A stretch of 64,000 bases of DNA from Utricularia gibba (GCA_002189035.1 CM007991.1:2356001-2420000), one strand, 5' to 3'; shown: positions 11,665 to 23,347, counted from the first letter of the stretch. The notes: generated from the sequence alone by a model not told the origin. Numbers and translations: made by a program.

Positions 11665-11778
11665 ACTACATTTAGTAATCGCTGAACAGTTATCCAGTCA
11701 CTATTTTTGTGTCATCTGGAATCTTGGCGTTTGTAGTTGAACTGTCACCACAGCGGTGATTTTTGAATATATAGTAGC

Positions 11779-11856
11779 TTGCCAGTGATGCATCTATTGC
11801 ACTTATTATCAGAATAAGTATGATGATATATGTGATTGTCACTACCTCTGAGGCAA
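11779..11856 (+). ncRNA. C/D box snoRNA guiding 18S AGGU-Am-GUGACAAU (about Am468 in Arabidopsis; snoR17-like)
   Basis: Terminal stem TTGCC/GGCAA, C box GTGATGC, C' TGATGA, 13-nt perfect antisense ATTGTCACTACCT immediately before D box CTGA (11848-11851). Confidence 0.85.
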
Positions 11857-12430
11857 GCCATTGGCTCTATTCTGTTCACTGGAGTGACTCACCTGTTGCC
11901 TTAAAAATTTCAGATGCACCATTTTCGTTTTATTACATGATGTGTTTTTAGGTGAAGTCAGATGCGAGAGTTCTTTCAGGCTTGTTGTCGAAGAAGAGGT
12001 TTACATACTTTCTGTATTGTTGCGGCGTCTGATGATTGTTCATCAAAGAACGGAGATTTGAATGGTGAAACTTGTTGAAGCCCGGCCTGGTTCTTGCCTG
12101 GGCTCCAAGAGCATCAATGTAATAAAGTTATACATTCCCTCCATGAAGGCGCTTCTTGATACTGAAGTATGGTTTTTTGGTTGCTGTCTAGTGTCCATGC
12201 TTCCATGCCACATCCTAGAGTTTAATAAAACCATTTCTCCATAACACATTGTGGTTGTTGGAGGCCTTTTTAATCGTACATTGTGTCATGTAACCTTTTT
12301 AAAGCTGAAGCTTGAAGCAACCTTGGCTGATCCAAGCCTTTGTACTCCCAAAACCAATACTTGCTCGTGTACCTCTACCTAAGCCAAACAGTCTATGTGC
12401 AAAATACCAATGGGCTTTGTTCCTTCGATT

Positions 12431-13347
12431 CTAAGCCGTGGCAAAAGAACCCACAAAGGCCCCTGCCGGTTCTTCATCACATGTTGATGATGCAAAACCC
12501 AAGGCAGCCAATTCAGAATCCTCCAAGCCTTTTCCAGTGCTCAAGAAACCTTATTCTGGAGTGTGCTTGGCTAATGCATCCTTCAGTTTCTTAATCTACA
12601 ATTTGTGAACGTAATAAGCAAAAGCAATCTACATGCGTTCATCGAGAAGTGAAGCAGCAAGTAAGATCCCAGTCACTTACAGTTGCATTGGTGCAGCTGA
12701 AGCTGCATACCTTTCCTTCTGCACCTTGGTAGAATCTGAAGAAGGGAAGAGCATGGACATGGAGAGCATAGCACATCGACTTGTGGGTGCCGTGGTTAAC
12801 CTTGAGGAAAATGGTGTTTGGGTTGAACTCAGCTAGCTGACAGATCTGTGGATTCAAAACCAGCCATGGTCAGGTTAATCCAACACAAATTTTCCGAAAT
12901 AGGGTTGCCTCAATTCAGTCTCGGTTTACCTTGGGATGCAGAGTTTTACAACCTCCACAGCCAGGAGAATAGAAATGAACAACAACCAGTCGGTCACCAA
13001 AACTCCGTAATGAATCCACAAGGTGCTGAGCAGATTGGATCTCTATCATGTTTGGTTGAACAGACTTCTCCCACCATTTCAGAGCCTTTTTCGTGGGAAT
13101 CGACTGCAAAAACCTCCAGAGTTCTACTGCTGTGTAAAAACAACTGATATCCTTACCCCGGCAAGATTGTGACCCTTTAAAACAAGCGAAGATTTGGCCA
13201 GAGCCAGCAATGGTGATCCCCCTTCCCTCAACTGGAGATCTTCAAGACAGAATAAACTCTGAAACCCGAATTCCCTCTTCTCTTACTAAAAACATCGCTT
13301 GGCCCAGGAACACCACAACCGGCCCTCAAGCAAGACGCCGCCGACAT
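12431..13347 (-). pseudogene. ACHT: Atypical Cys-His-rich (Lilium-type) chloroplast thioredoxin, ACHT; disrupted
   Basis: KWWEK...FYSPGCGGCKTLHPK|ICQLAE...LPFFRFYQGAEGKVCSFSCTNAT|IKKLKDALAKH. An in-frame TAA at 12551-12553 precedes the still-recognisable KGLEDSELAAL. The exon 1 ATG frame hits TGA at about 13229, before the donor. Confidence 0.7.
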
Positions 13348-14173
13348 ACCCTGGAATCCGTATAGCTAAAAATCTCCTTTTGCGCTGTTGGGCGATAACC
13401 CAGATGCAAAAAAGAGACGCCCAGCACCAGAAATGAACCGGAGACGAAGGGGGGGGGGGGGGGGGGAGAGATATATATGAGGGGCCACAAAGCGAGGAAA
13501 AGCGTAAAAGCGATTGGGGTCCATGTTTTGGTCTTATCCAAATGACTCATCCCATGTTTTTTACGCTTCTGGATAATTTTCAGATATTTTTTAATTCAAT
13601 TATTCGACCCAATCATTTACATATTTGCTCTTTTTTTAATATTAATTTTTACCTTACTATATAAGACAGAAATGATGGATAATTAGTTTTTTAAAGGATC
13701 CTTAATCCACACATTCAATCGCATTTGACTTTGACTAAAGACCCCCCTGATGCCCATTAATTAAAATAATAAAATAAAGGATGCGGATATTTATATCTTT
13801 ATTTTACAATTGAAAATAAAATAGGAAAATGACAAATCTTGGTTAGGTGTTGGACCAAACCTCCAGCTCAGTACATTGTTTTTGGACAGGGGCCAGCGGT
13901 TTGGCGATTCCACCGCGGATATTCATTTCTCGAATCCAACACTTCATTCATCATTCGTTTCTGGTGTTGTAGGCGGCCTGGCTACTCTTTCTTGACATGT
14001 GGGCTGCGTCCACAAAACTTCATTTATGAGTGTTTTTTTTTTCCAAAGAATAAGGCATAATTCCAGAGAGGATATTGGGGGAGTAAGCCTCAGCAATAGG
14101 GGGCCTGGATTGAGTTGAATAATAGCAATTGAGGGATTAGCAAGACAAACCGGAGAAGAAGAGTTTATGCCGG

Positions 14174-15206
14174 ATGGGTCTGTTTGATCTGGAAGAGCAG
14201 TTTGCGTTCTACGGGGCATATCATAACGACCCCATTAACATCTTGATCCACATGATATTTGTCTGGCCGATTCTTTTCACGGCTTTGCTTCTTTTTTATT
14301 TCACGCCGCCGCTGTTCGTAGCCCCTCCGATTGGGTCCTGGGGTGGCCAATTCTTAGTTTTGAATTATGGGTTTGTCTTTGCGTTAGTTTACGCACTGTA
14401 TTACGTGGCTTTGGATAGGAAAGCCGGCACCTTCGCTGCTTTTTTAGTGTTTTCATGCTGGGTTGGAAGCAGTGCCCTTGGCCATCAATTGGGGTATTCT
14501 CTCGCGTGGAAGGTATGCTTCGTGTTTGTCAAGTTGATGGGCTTGTGCCCTGATGCACAGCTCCAGAATAAAAATACGATCTTTAGCATGAGACAGAAAA
14601 TAAAAAAATCATAGGCACATGGCTTGCTTGGTTTTACAATGTTGCATGTATAAGTCAGAATTCCCCTTCTAACATCAAGAGTTGGTCAGGTTGTTCTGGT
14701 ATCTCAGTTGTTCTGCTGGACAGGACAGTTCATAGGCCATGGTGTTTTTGAGGTAACCATTTAATTGAACTCCTCTCTGTAAGTATGCTCATATTATTAG
14801 GTAGGATGCCACTTCCTTAAACCATAAGGCTGGAAGAAGACCAGTTCTTCAATTTGTAGTTGTAAGAACCTTGTGGGATTGTCACAGGGCGAGATCATGT
14901 TTTTATGAATTACCTCCGTGTGTTGCAGAAGCGGGCACCGGCTCTGTTAGACAACCTGGCTCAGGCCTTTCTTATGGCGCCATATTTTGTACTGCTCGAG
15001 GTATAGTAGCTAAGAAATGAAGCAGAAACACTAGACCTCCGCTAGGACTCCATGAAAACTTGAACCTTTAACCGCACCATTCCTTTCAGGCTCTACAATC
15101 TTCTTTCGGGTACGAGCCATACCCGGGATTTCACAGCTGCGTCAAGGCAAAGGTTGAGATCAACATCAAAGCTTGGAAAGACATGAAACAGAAGAAAGCT
15201 TCATAG
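14174..15206 (+). CDS. Mpo1/DUF962 family 2-hydroxy fatty acid dioxygenase-like ER membrane protein
   Basis: Exons 14174-14512, 14690-14752, 14929-15000, 15090-15206. FYGAYHNDPINILIH, QFIGHGVFE|KRAPALLDNL, GYEPYPGF motifs. Confidence 0.92.
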
Positions 15207-15394
15207 AGTAGAATCTCTGCATGAGTTATGATGTATTGAAGGTGTAACCTCGACTTGAACGGTCAGTCCAAAAACAATCTGTATAGGTGGATCTGGCAAG
15301 TAAATATATAATGCTCTACTCTCAAAGCCTCACGGTTGACTCTCATAGAACACTTTAACATTGCGCAACTATGCTCAAACATTGACACATTTTT

Positions 15395-17110
15395 TTAGGC
15401 TTTAACCAGCTTGAGTCCCCATGGCACGTCCTCACAATGCCTAACATAAGGCACCATCGCACCTGTATCAGCTCCTCGCCTCTCCCTGCAGTCAAAGAAT
15501 GGAGGAGAATGGAAGCAGGGTTCAAATGTATGGCCTCTATGACATGGTGGATCGGGGCAGTCTCATTCTCTGGCTTGTACAGTATCCATGGCCGTAACGC
15601 ACCTAGACCCTGTGCAACATAGCCAAAAGTTGAGGATGAGCTTGTCACAAGCTTGTCACATAAACTGAGAAGGTACATCTCAGCCAAGGCTTTCTTGTTA
15701 TGGTTTTGGTTGTGCATCCGTTGGTATCCCTCGAAGCTTGGTTGATGCACAGAGATTGTTTCTCCGGTTACAGTTGCATTCTCCCAATACAATTTTCTGA
15801 TTTCTTCAAAGTATCCCTGGTTCAATGAAGCGATCATCACAGCTACTGCACTTTTGCTACTTTTCTTCACCCCTCCTTGCTGGTGAACTTGTGGAAGTAT
15901 ATGCTCGTTCATGGTGCAGGAAAGAATTTGATCCAGGATATACTTGAATGGACCTTGTTCGATACGAAATACCCGTATCTGGATCCCTACCTTCACATCT
16001 GCTTTCGATAAATACGCCTCATAGAATCGAGTCACAAGCCCCCAAACTGAGTTTGTTGGATGCAAGAGGTACCGCACTAAGAGGTGAAACACAGTGTCCT
16101 TCTCAGGGAACAGATCATGAAGCCGTTGTTGGAACGAAGGGATCATGAAAAGAGAAGGAATGTAATAGTTATCGGACTTCATCATCAGCCATGGTACACT
16201 TTGCAAGTAGGACTGCTCTTTCTCACAGAAGAAAAGCTTGTCATGGTCACCATAGTCATGGACCAAATGGACATAAACATAAGGTGGTGGTGATGGCAGT
16301 GATGATGAATCATTCAGGCAGTTGTTTCTCAACAAATTCCCAAAACTATCATTCGACTCTCCCGTAAATCCGCTACGGACAGGGAAGTTGTAAGGAAGCA
16401 ACCAAGAACCATGAGGAAATGGCTCGCAAAAGAGGTCAGAAACATCATCCCCGCCATCGACCAGGAGGACTCTATCGGTGAGTAGAGCGTACAGGAAGGC
16501 CGAAGTCAGGGACATTACTCTGTTTCCCAAGCCACTATACGGTATCCAAACAATGTACCTACACTCATAAGGGATGCGAGATACATTGGACCTGAGAGCT
16601 TCCACGGATGCATTATAGGAATAAGTATGCGGAGCACATCTCTTATGCCGAGCCTCGTAGCTCCGCAACTCAGACACCAGGCGACGAGAAGGTTTGCGGA
16701 ATGTTGGCCGATTAGACAGGATGGGGTCGTGTCTACTGAGGCAAGATGTCCCATGGAACCCATTTGGTAGAAGGTCATCGTGGACCATTTCCTTGGATCC
16801 TTCACCATGGTGGTCCTGCAAAGGGATCCCTGCAGCAAAAAGACAAAAGTTCCAAACACATTACAGACGTCGGATTCTGGTACAAAAAACGACGACGGCT
16901 ACCATCACACATGCACAACACATCACCTCGTTGTGGACTAGAATCCAGAGCCATCGCGTCACAGAGACGGGAAGTATGAGCGGCTTTGAGCATAAGAAGA
17001 GAAGCGAACGACAAAGCAACCAACAGGAATAGATAAAGAAGAGTCGGATTCCCCAAATTCAGCCGCCATTTCATCCTCGGAGTTTTTGTGCTCGTGATGC
17101 TGGTGATCAT
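15395..17110 (-). CDS. FUT: Xyloglucan alpha-1,2-fucosyltransferase (GT37, FUT1/MUR2-like), 2 exons, frameshift at ~15555
   Basis: TM anchor exon (~17110-16927; start uncertain) spliced in phase 1 to 16829. SGLGNRVMSLTSAFLYALLTDRVLLVD, KALAEMYLLSLCDKLVTS, STFGYVAQGLG. The conserved end DPPC...EPCFHSPPFFDC...VRHCEDVPWGLKL* lies in another frame. Confidence 0.9.
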
Positions 17111-17417
17111 TGGATCCACCGCCGCCGCAACGCCAACGTCGATGAAAACAATAACCAATCGCCTTGCCTTGTATGCTACAACAATATAATGTTTGCCGTT
17201 TTCTGCACGTCCATTGACATTAATTAAATAATATTTTTTAAACTCAATGGGCCCCACATAAAGATTCCCTTTGACAGAGTGTCAGTTCGTTGTCCAAGGA
17301 AACCATCTGCGAATGAATGCATGCAATCCCATAAAAGAGCCAGATTTGATTCTGTGGCCAAACACCAACTGCCCTCTGTTTCCAATTTGGTAGAAGATGA
17401 TGATGATGCTTTTAAGG

Positions 17418-19370
17418 CTAGCCATGTAAAGAGTCACTAACCTTGGAAGCAGATTCAAAGTCAGCCATATCCTGATATCCTCTCATGAGCACCTCATCGA
17501 TGAAAGCATTTGGCAGCATTGCGGTCTTCAGCATATCTGCTTGCAGCATCATCACTGGAGACAATTGCCCGGCTGCAAAGTGCTCTTGGATGATGGCAGC
17601 ATAGAGGTATGCGTCCGGCTGGACGAACTTTCTCATGTCAGAGAAGAACTTGCTGGCTTTGGAAACTTGCCCCTTTTGGCAGAGCGCATTGATCATTGTG
17701 GAATATGTCACAGTGTTTGGGATACAGGAGGGCTGTGCGTCATGTCCCATCTGGTCATCTCCTTGGGTAGCAGAGGATCCGGTTTGTTCCTGAAAAAACT
17801 TGATGGCTTTGTTGGTCCTTCCATCTCCACACAGCCCGTGGACTACAGTGCTAATGGTATAATCATTAGGAGGGACACCGGCGGATACCATATCTTTGAA
17901 CAGTTTCATAGCAGCGTCGGTGTAACCAGCTTTGAAATGTCCTGAAATCAGACAAGTATATGCAACAACATCAGGCTTCAAGCCTTTTATCATCATTTCG
18001 TTGTAGAGTCCCATGGCAATCTCCAGCTTCCCAATTCGACAATAGCCATTTAGCAGTGTGCAGAAGGTAACTATATCAGGTTGCAATTGCTTCTCCATCA
18101 TTTTGGAACAGACTTCCATAGCTTTATCTAATTTACCCCGCTTGAGGTTACCATCAATTAGAGTGTTGTAGACCACCACATTTGGTTCTATGCCTCTATC
18201 ACTCATCTCGGATAACAAACTCTCTGCTTCTTCAAGTTTACCGCTCCTGCAATACACCTTCATGAGTATGCCATATGTTACAGCATCTGGAGAAACATCA
18301 AACTTCTGCATCTCCATGTACATATCCATGGCAGCATATGAGTCACCCCCTTCACAGAGTGCATCTATTAAGCAATTATATATGTATGCATTTGGAACAA
18401 CATTAAGCTTCAACATGTGTACAAAATAGTTCCTGAAAACTGTCAGCTTGCCGACTCTGCAAAACAAGTACATAAGAATACCGTAGGTAATACAATTAGG
18501 AAGCACTCCTCGATCCAGCATTTCATAATAAACTCTACGGGCTTTCTCAAAGCTGGATGTCTTGGCATACCCATCCATTAAAACATTGTAGGAGAAGAGG
18601 TTTGGGGTAATTCCCTCATCCTGCATTCTCATAAACATTGCCTCTGCTTCCATAATCATATTCCCTCTGCAGAGTCCTCCTATCAGTGTTGTATATATTA
18701 CAACCGATGGTTTCAGTCCCCTCTCACTCATCTCATTGACCAGCAAATCAGCCTTCTTGATGCCTCCTTGGTCACAGGAAGCGTGAATCAATATACCATA
18801 AGTTATAGCACTAGGCACTAAACCATTCACTTTCATGTTGTCATAAGCCTTCCACATACAGTCGACCTGGCCTGCCTTTAAGAGACCATTCAACAGCACA
18901 TTACAGGCCTGCACAGCAGGCAACTTTCCCATCTTCTGGAACACCCAGTACCCCTCATTGGGGAAACCCTTTCGGCATAAAGCAACCATCAACAGCTCAA
19001 AAACGTCATGATTACAGTTTGATCTCTGAAATCTACTCAGAGAATTGAAAATCGAGGAACAAACTTTGTGAGGCGCCCATCTTCTTCTCAAAACCTCAAT
19101 GAGGCATTCTATCGAACACCTTGCCTTCACGTACAACTTGGCAGAGGTTAGGTAACAAATGACAGCTGAATGGACATTTATCGTCTTCTCCGGACTTACC
19201 CCTCTGGTTGCTGTGTTGAAAATCGATAACGCGTGTCTTGTCGTTGGGGAATTCAGAATTGCAAAGACTGCATCATGAGAAGGCACACGAGATGCAGATG
19301 CTGAAAAGCAAGCTAATGCAGAGTTGGGGATGGTTCCAGGCGTGGTCTTCGGCGGCAAAAGCTTCAACAT
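17418..19370 (-). CDS. P-class PPR protein (At5g61400-like), intronless
   Basis: 650-aa ORF with a tandem array of 35-aa P repeats (for example PSVVIYTTLIGGLCR, PDIVTFCTLLNGYCR). Confidence 0.93.
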   Translation of the reverse strand: MLKLLPPKTTPGTIPNSALACFSASASRVPSHDAVFAILNSPTTRHALSIFNTATRGVSPEKTINVHSAVICYLTSAKLYVKARCSIECLIEVLRRRWAPHKVCSSIFNSLSRFQRSNCNHDVFELLMVALCRKGFPNEGYWVFQKMGKLPAVQACNVLLNGLLKAGQVDCMWKAYDNMKVNGLVPSAITYGILIHASCDQGGIKKADLLVNEMSERGLKPSVVIYTTLIGGLCRGNMIMEAEAMFMRMQDEGITPNLFSYNVLMDGYAKTSSFEKARRVYYEMLDRGVLPNCITYGILMYLFCRVGKLTVFRNYFVHMLKLNVVPNAYIYNCLIDALCEGGDSYAAMDMYMEMQKFDVSPDAVTYGILMKVYCRSGKLEEAESLLSEMSDRGIEPNVVVYNTLIDGNLKRGKLDKAMEVCSKMMEKQLQPDIVTFCTLLNGYCRIGKLEIAMGLYNEMMIKGLKPDVVAYTCLISGHFKAGYTDAAMKLFKDMVSAGVPPNDYTISTVVHGLCGDGRTNKAIKFFQEQTGSSATQGDDQMGHDAQPSCIPNTVTYSTMINALCQKGQVSKASKFFSDMRKFVQPDAYLYAAIIQEHFAAGQLSPVMMLQADMLKTAMLPNAFIDEVLMRGYQDMADFESASKVSDSLHG

Positions 19371-19734
19371 TTTCCCAGTAAATCCAGTTTTCCTCCATTA
19401 ACAACATGCAATGAACCCACTGAAAAAGAAAATGTAAGGAAAATTTGAAAAGTGAGGAAGAAGGGACTGGGGAGACTGTTTAGAGATCCATTTCCCCACA
19501 AGCGTCGACCCTCCGGCGCCGGCTCTTCACGATTCGCGAGCGCCGCCGCGACAATCCCTTGAATTTGGAATTGTATACACTGCGAATGAATGGCGATTAT
19601 TGTATCTCAATCCATGGTTTTAATATGAAGCAAAATTGAACTGTTTGACCTCCGGTTTATTAATCGATTTTTAATACAACGAAAGCGATTCTATTCTGTC
19701 CACCGTGATCAAGATTTCACTTTTTTTTTGTTTC

Positions 19735-20515
19735 TCAAGAAGCGGAGGAGCTCCGGCGATCTCGATGCAGGTCCAGCAAAATTTGATTCAGCAGCGACAT
19801 TTGATCGAGCAGTTGGTTGATTTTCTGATACAGAGAGAAAAAGAAGGATATTGAATCGGATTGAAGCTGCAAATGGTAGCTTTTTCAAGGATTGAATTAG
19901 TCAACTAACCTCATCCCTTTCCTGGAGAATCATGGCCTTCCGCCGCCGCCTCCGCCACCGGAAATATAAAACCGCAGCCATCAACACCGCCGCGGATGCA
20001 GCGGACCGATACGTCACGAAAATTCCTCGCGATGATGAAAAAATACTGCTAAACAATCGGAGTCGGAGTAGATACACAGCTCTACAACGGAATAACTCCC
20101 TAATGGAACAGAACCATCCCGATGCTCCGGTGACTGTGGAAGGAAACGTAGAGACCTGCTCTGAGCTGGAGACTGACGGGGAGAATGTGGAAGCGGAGGA
20201 CGAATCGGAATCCGAATCTGTGACTGTGTCAGAAATAGATATTTTATAATTCTCCGCCGCAATCGACGAAATCCGCCCGGAATCCTGGTTAACGGCCAGG
20301 TTTTCATGTTCAGTCGGAGGGAAAATACTTAGGGCAGAGTCGCCACGGTGATTTGTGACGGTGACAATTGACTTGGGCAATGGCGTCCCAGTTATATCGA
20401 GGGGAAGATGGAGTAATTCAGCAATCTCTACAGCGCCGTACGATAGTAACGGCGGGGACTCCGCACCATCTCCGTCACCCTCCGCGGCGGAGATCTGGTT
20501 CAAATGAAGCACCAT
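19735..20515 (-). CDS. Uncharacterised single-pass membrane protein with FPPxxHENL motif, Ser/acidic tract, TM helix and C-terminal coiled coil
   Basis: Exon 20515-19910 (SIFPPTEHENL; AAVLMAAVLYFRWRRRRRK) spliced to 19824-19735 (KINQLLDQMSLLNQILL...*). Confidence 0.75.
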
Positions 20516-20577
20516 TGTAGCGAGACTGCAGCAGCGCGGCTTGAGCTCGATGAATTGGCTCTTCTTTTTCCATGGAA

Positions 20578-20617
20578 ATAATAATAATAACAATAACAAT
20601 AACAATAACAATAATAA
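20578..20617. repeat. (AAT/AAC)n compound microsatellite
   Basis: ATAATAATAA CAATAACAATAACAATAACAATAATAA seen directly. Confidence 0.8.
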
Positions 20618-21484
20618 GAAGAGGGCTTAGTCCACTCAACGTTTGGGCCTCCACGCTTCGACAGCCCATATTGAGATTAGGTGCAGTAGCCCACCCGGCA
20701 TTCCATTCTATATATTCATTCTTATAATTCCAAAAACAAAAAATTAAATTATTTTATATAATAAATAATTGAGAATACAATTGTCGGGAATTTATTCAAA
20801 ATCCAATTTCCATTCTGATCCCAATCTGGTCAAAACGCATAATTAATCTCCTTCAAAACTGTAAAAAATAATAATTAAATCCCGAACCGACAGTGGATCA
20901 ATGTGTTCTCCCATATTATGGTTGTCACTTACCAATAATTAGGGTGTGGTGAGTGGTCAACGTAGTGCCAACCATGGCTTCACATTCAAAGGTGGGTCGG
21001 GCACATCTACCTCTATTCTTCTCTCTCATTTGTGTGTATTTTTTAAAATAAATGATATATCCATCCATATTTTGATGTACCATTGGTTTCAAGTGGTGCA
21101 CAGGAAAAGTTAGCATTCCAGTGGCATCATTAGAGACGTGGAAAATGAGAAAAAATCAATGCTGCTTTTTTAGGGTGGATCCAAATCCAATGCAGGAGTA
21201 GTAGTGTGTGGTGTTTCAGAGTTATTTGTGTTGGGTAATTATCTATCCATCTGTGAATGGAGCCCATGATTTGGGTAGTTGGGAGGTTGAAGTGTGATAT
21301 CAGCAAAGCAACTCTACCTTTCCTTGTGGTGTTAAATGTTAGTTATCAGTTGGTGGCCTGTTTTTTCTACATCTGAACTATTCCCATTGGGCGTCCTTCA
21401 ACATGCTCTCTGTGTCATGTATTTGAAGCCATTTTCATGAAACCAGGCAGGGAGGAGGCAGACAGACTTCTGGGGTTCAACTCA

Positions 21485-22435
21485 ATGGAGAAGGCGTCAG
21501 AGATCATGAGAAGATCAATCTTCACCTTCCTCCAAAACCTTCATCTCTTCTCTTCAACTCCTGCTTTCCTTGCCCTCCCATTTGCTGTTGCCGTCTTCCT
21601 GTCGCTGCCGCTGGCCTCCTCCTCCTCTCTGTTTCTCATACTCGAAGCCCGCCTGCATTCGCTTTTCATTGCTTCAGGATTCCCACCCTCATTGAAGCTG
21701 TTCACCATTCTCAGTCTCAAGCTCTCTCAAACCTTCCTTGCCTATCTTCTGGTTCTCCCATTCACGCTCTCCTTTCTTCTCCTCGCCAAGGCAACCACCA
21801 TTTTGGCTCTGCAGACCAACAAGCAGATTCAGACCAGCACTCTGTTTCACTCGGTTTGCAGCTTCATTAACTTGCTGTCTACTCAGATTTGCACCTCTTT
21901 GGTGCTCCTTGCAGCTAATGCTACCTGCTTGTGCATCCTCGTCATGTGCTTCAATTTCGTCGAGCTTTTCGCGCTTTCGTCTCCGAAACTTCATTTGCTC
22001 ATTTCAGCAGTAGGGACGGTACTCTATTCTGTGGTTTTCACAAACACTTGCATCATATGCAACCTGTCATTGATCATTTCCTGGATGGAGAAGCGTGGAG
22101 GCTTCAACTCCATTCTCAAGGCCTGCTTTCTGATCCAGGATAGAGCCTCCGTCGCAATGGCTCTGGTAGTGCCAATAAACATCTGCCTGGCTGCAATCGA
22201 TGCTCTGTTTCAGTATCGTGTAGTAAGAGCGTCACAGCGATTGAGACCGGCTGTGATCATGGAAGGAATCCTCATCAGTTACCTGTATTCCATGCTCCTT
22301 GTTCTAGATACCATCGTCTGCTTTATGTTCTTGAAAAGCTGCAAGCAAGACTACCCGGAAGACCAACACTCTCAGCAGATAGAAATATCAGTGCAAAGAA
22401 AAGATGGCAGAGTGGAGATCAAACTCTCAGTATAG
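21485..22435 (+). CDS. Uncharacterised polytopic membrane protein (At5g61340-like), intronless
   Basis: ORF starting MEKASEIMRRSIFTFLQN with about 6-7 hydrophobic segments and EGILISYLYSMLLVLDTIVCFMFLKSC. Confidence 0.8.
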   Translation: MEKASEIMRRSIFTFLQNLHLFSSTPAFLALPFAVAVFLSLPLASSSSLFLILEARLHSLFIASGFPPSLKLFTILSLKLSQTFLAYLLVLPFTLSFLLLAKATTILALQTNKQIQTSTLFHSVCSFINLLSTQICTSLVLLAANATCLCILVMCFNFVELFALSSPKLHLLISAVGTVLYSVVFTNTCIICNLSLIISWMEKRGGFNSILKACFLIQDRASVAMALVVPINICLAAIDALFQYRVVRASQRLRPAVIMEGILISYLYSMLLVLDTIVCFMFLKSCKQDYPEDQHSQQIEISVQRKDGRVEIKLSV

Positions 22436-23347
22436 CTTCTGCTGTTCAGATCACATTCAATACTTCATCGTTGTTGCTGCTGTACAGAAGTTACCTGGAT
22501 GCACTTTTCCCTCGAACTGGTCCGTCCAACTGGTTCTTTCTCTGGTAGAACCGTAGGATGGACAATCCATTCCACTGTTAAACAAACAATGGATACATAT
22601 AATGAGCATACAACCTCTTACATTTTACTGATGCTGTCTTCGCAAAGTTTCTCACTGTACAAACATTATAAGGGAAGTACAATCCATACAGTGTGTCAAC
22701 GAATGCCATAACATGAACCTAAAAACATCAGCATAAAACAATGGACCAAAAACATAGACATCTCTGCTTGCTAGTATTTTGTATCAAAACATTTAAGAAA
22801 TCAGAAGGGAGAACCAGTTCACGGTTGTATCCCATCCTAAACTACAAAAAAGAATGCCTGCCTGTGAAGAGAAAACAAGGTAGAAGAAGCCGGTCCTGTA
22901 CAAGTATGTGTGTCAACTGTCATCTCGTGCTGGAGTAAGATTAAGAAGCTTACAGCAAGATGCTACGGATGCTGCTACAAAAATTATGGTGATGCTGAAA
23001 CTCCTATGGCCTTCACTCAAACCAGGCCTGCTGGGGGTGTAAAGAAATCTCTGTGCATCACTCCGATGGCTCCTATTTGCCAAATGAGTCTGTCCTCGGT
23101 ATGTATAATGGGTAGGATACCGAGAGAGCTCATGAATCACCGCAGATATAAGCCAATGTTTGGGTCTTCCAGGGCCTTCTCCCCTTCCTGAGGCACCGCT
23201 CTGTACTGCACTGCCCGGTGAATGTTTCCATTGAAGGCTGAACCCCGTTCGGTGGGTTGATCCATAAATAGAATCTAGATTGGCCATGGATGAACATTTT
23301 AGGAGTCATACAGGTGCCACTCATGGGAATGCCAATATCTCTGACTT

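Noticed and set aside
11937-12032. Possible fifth C/D snoRNA (ATGATGT...CTGA) or H/ACA RNA
   Set aside because: Weak terminal stem, no guide adjacent to a D box with a recognisable target, and no proper H box. Left as an unconfirmed part of the cluster.
13449-13466. G18 homopolymer upstream of ACHT
   Set aside because: Simple mononucleotide repeat whose length is unreliable in this assembly; no evidence of function.
22500-23347. 124-aa and 73-aa ORFs just after the formin stop
   Set aside because: No domain similarity; most likely overlapping 3' UTRs of the convergent formin and membrane-protein genes.
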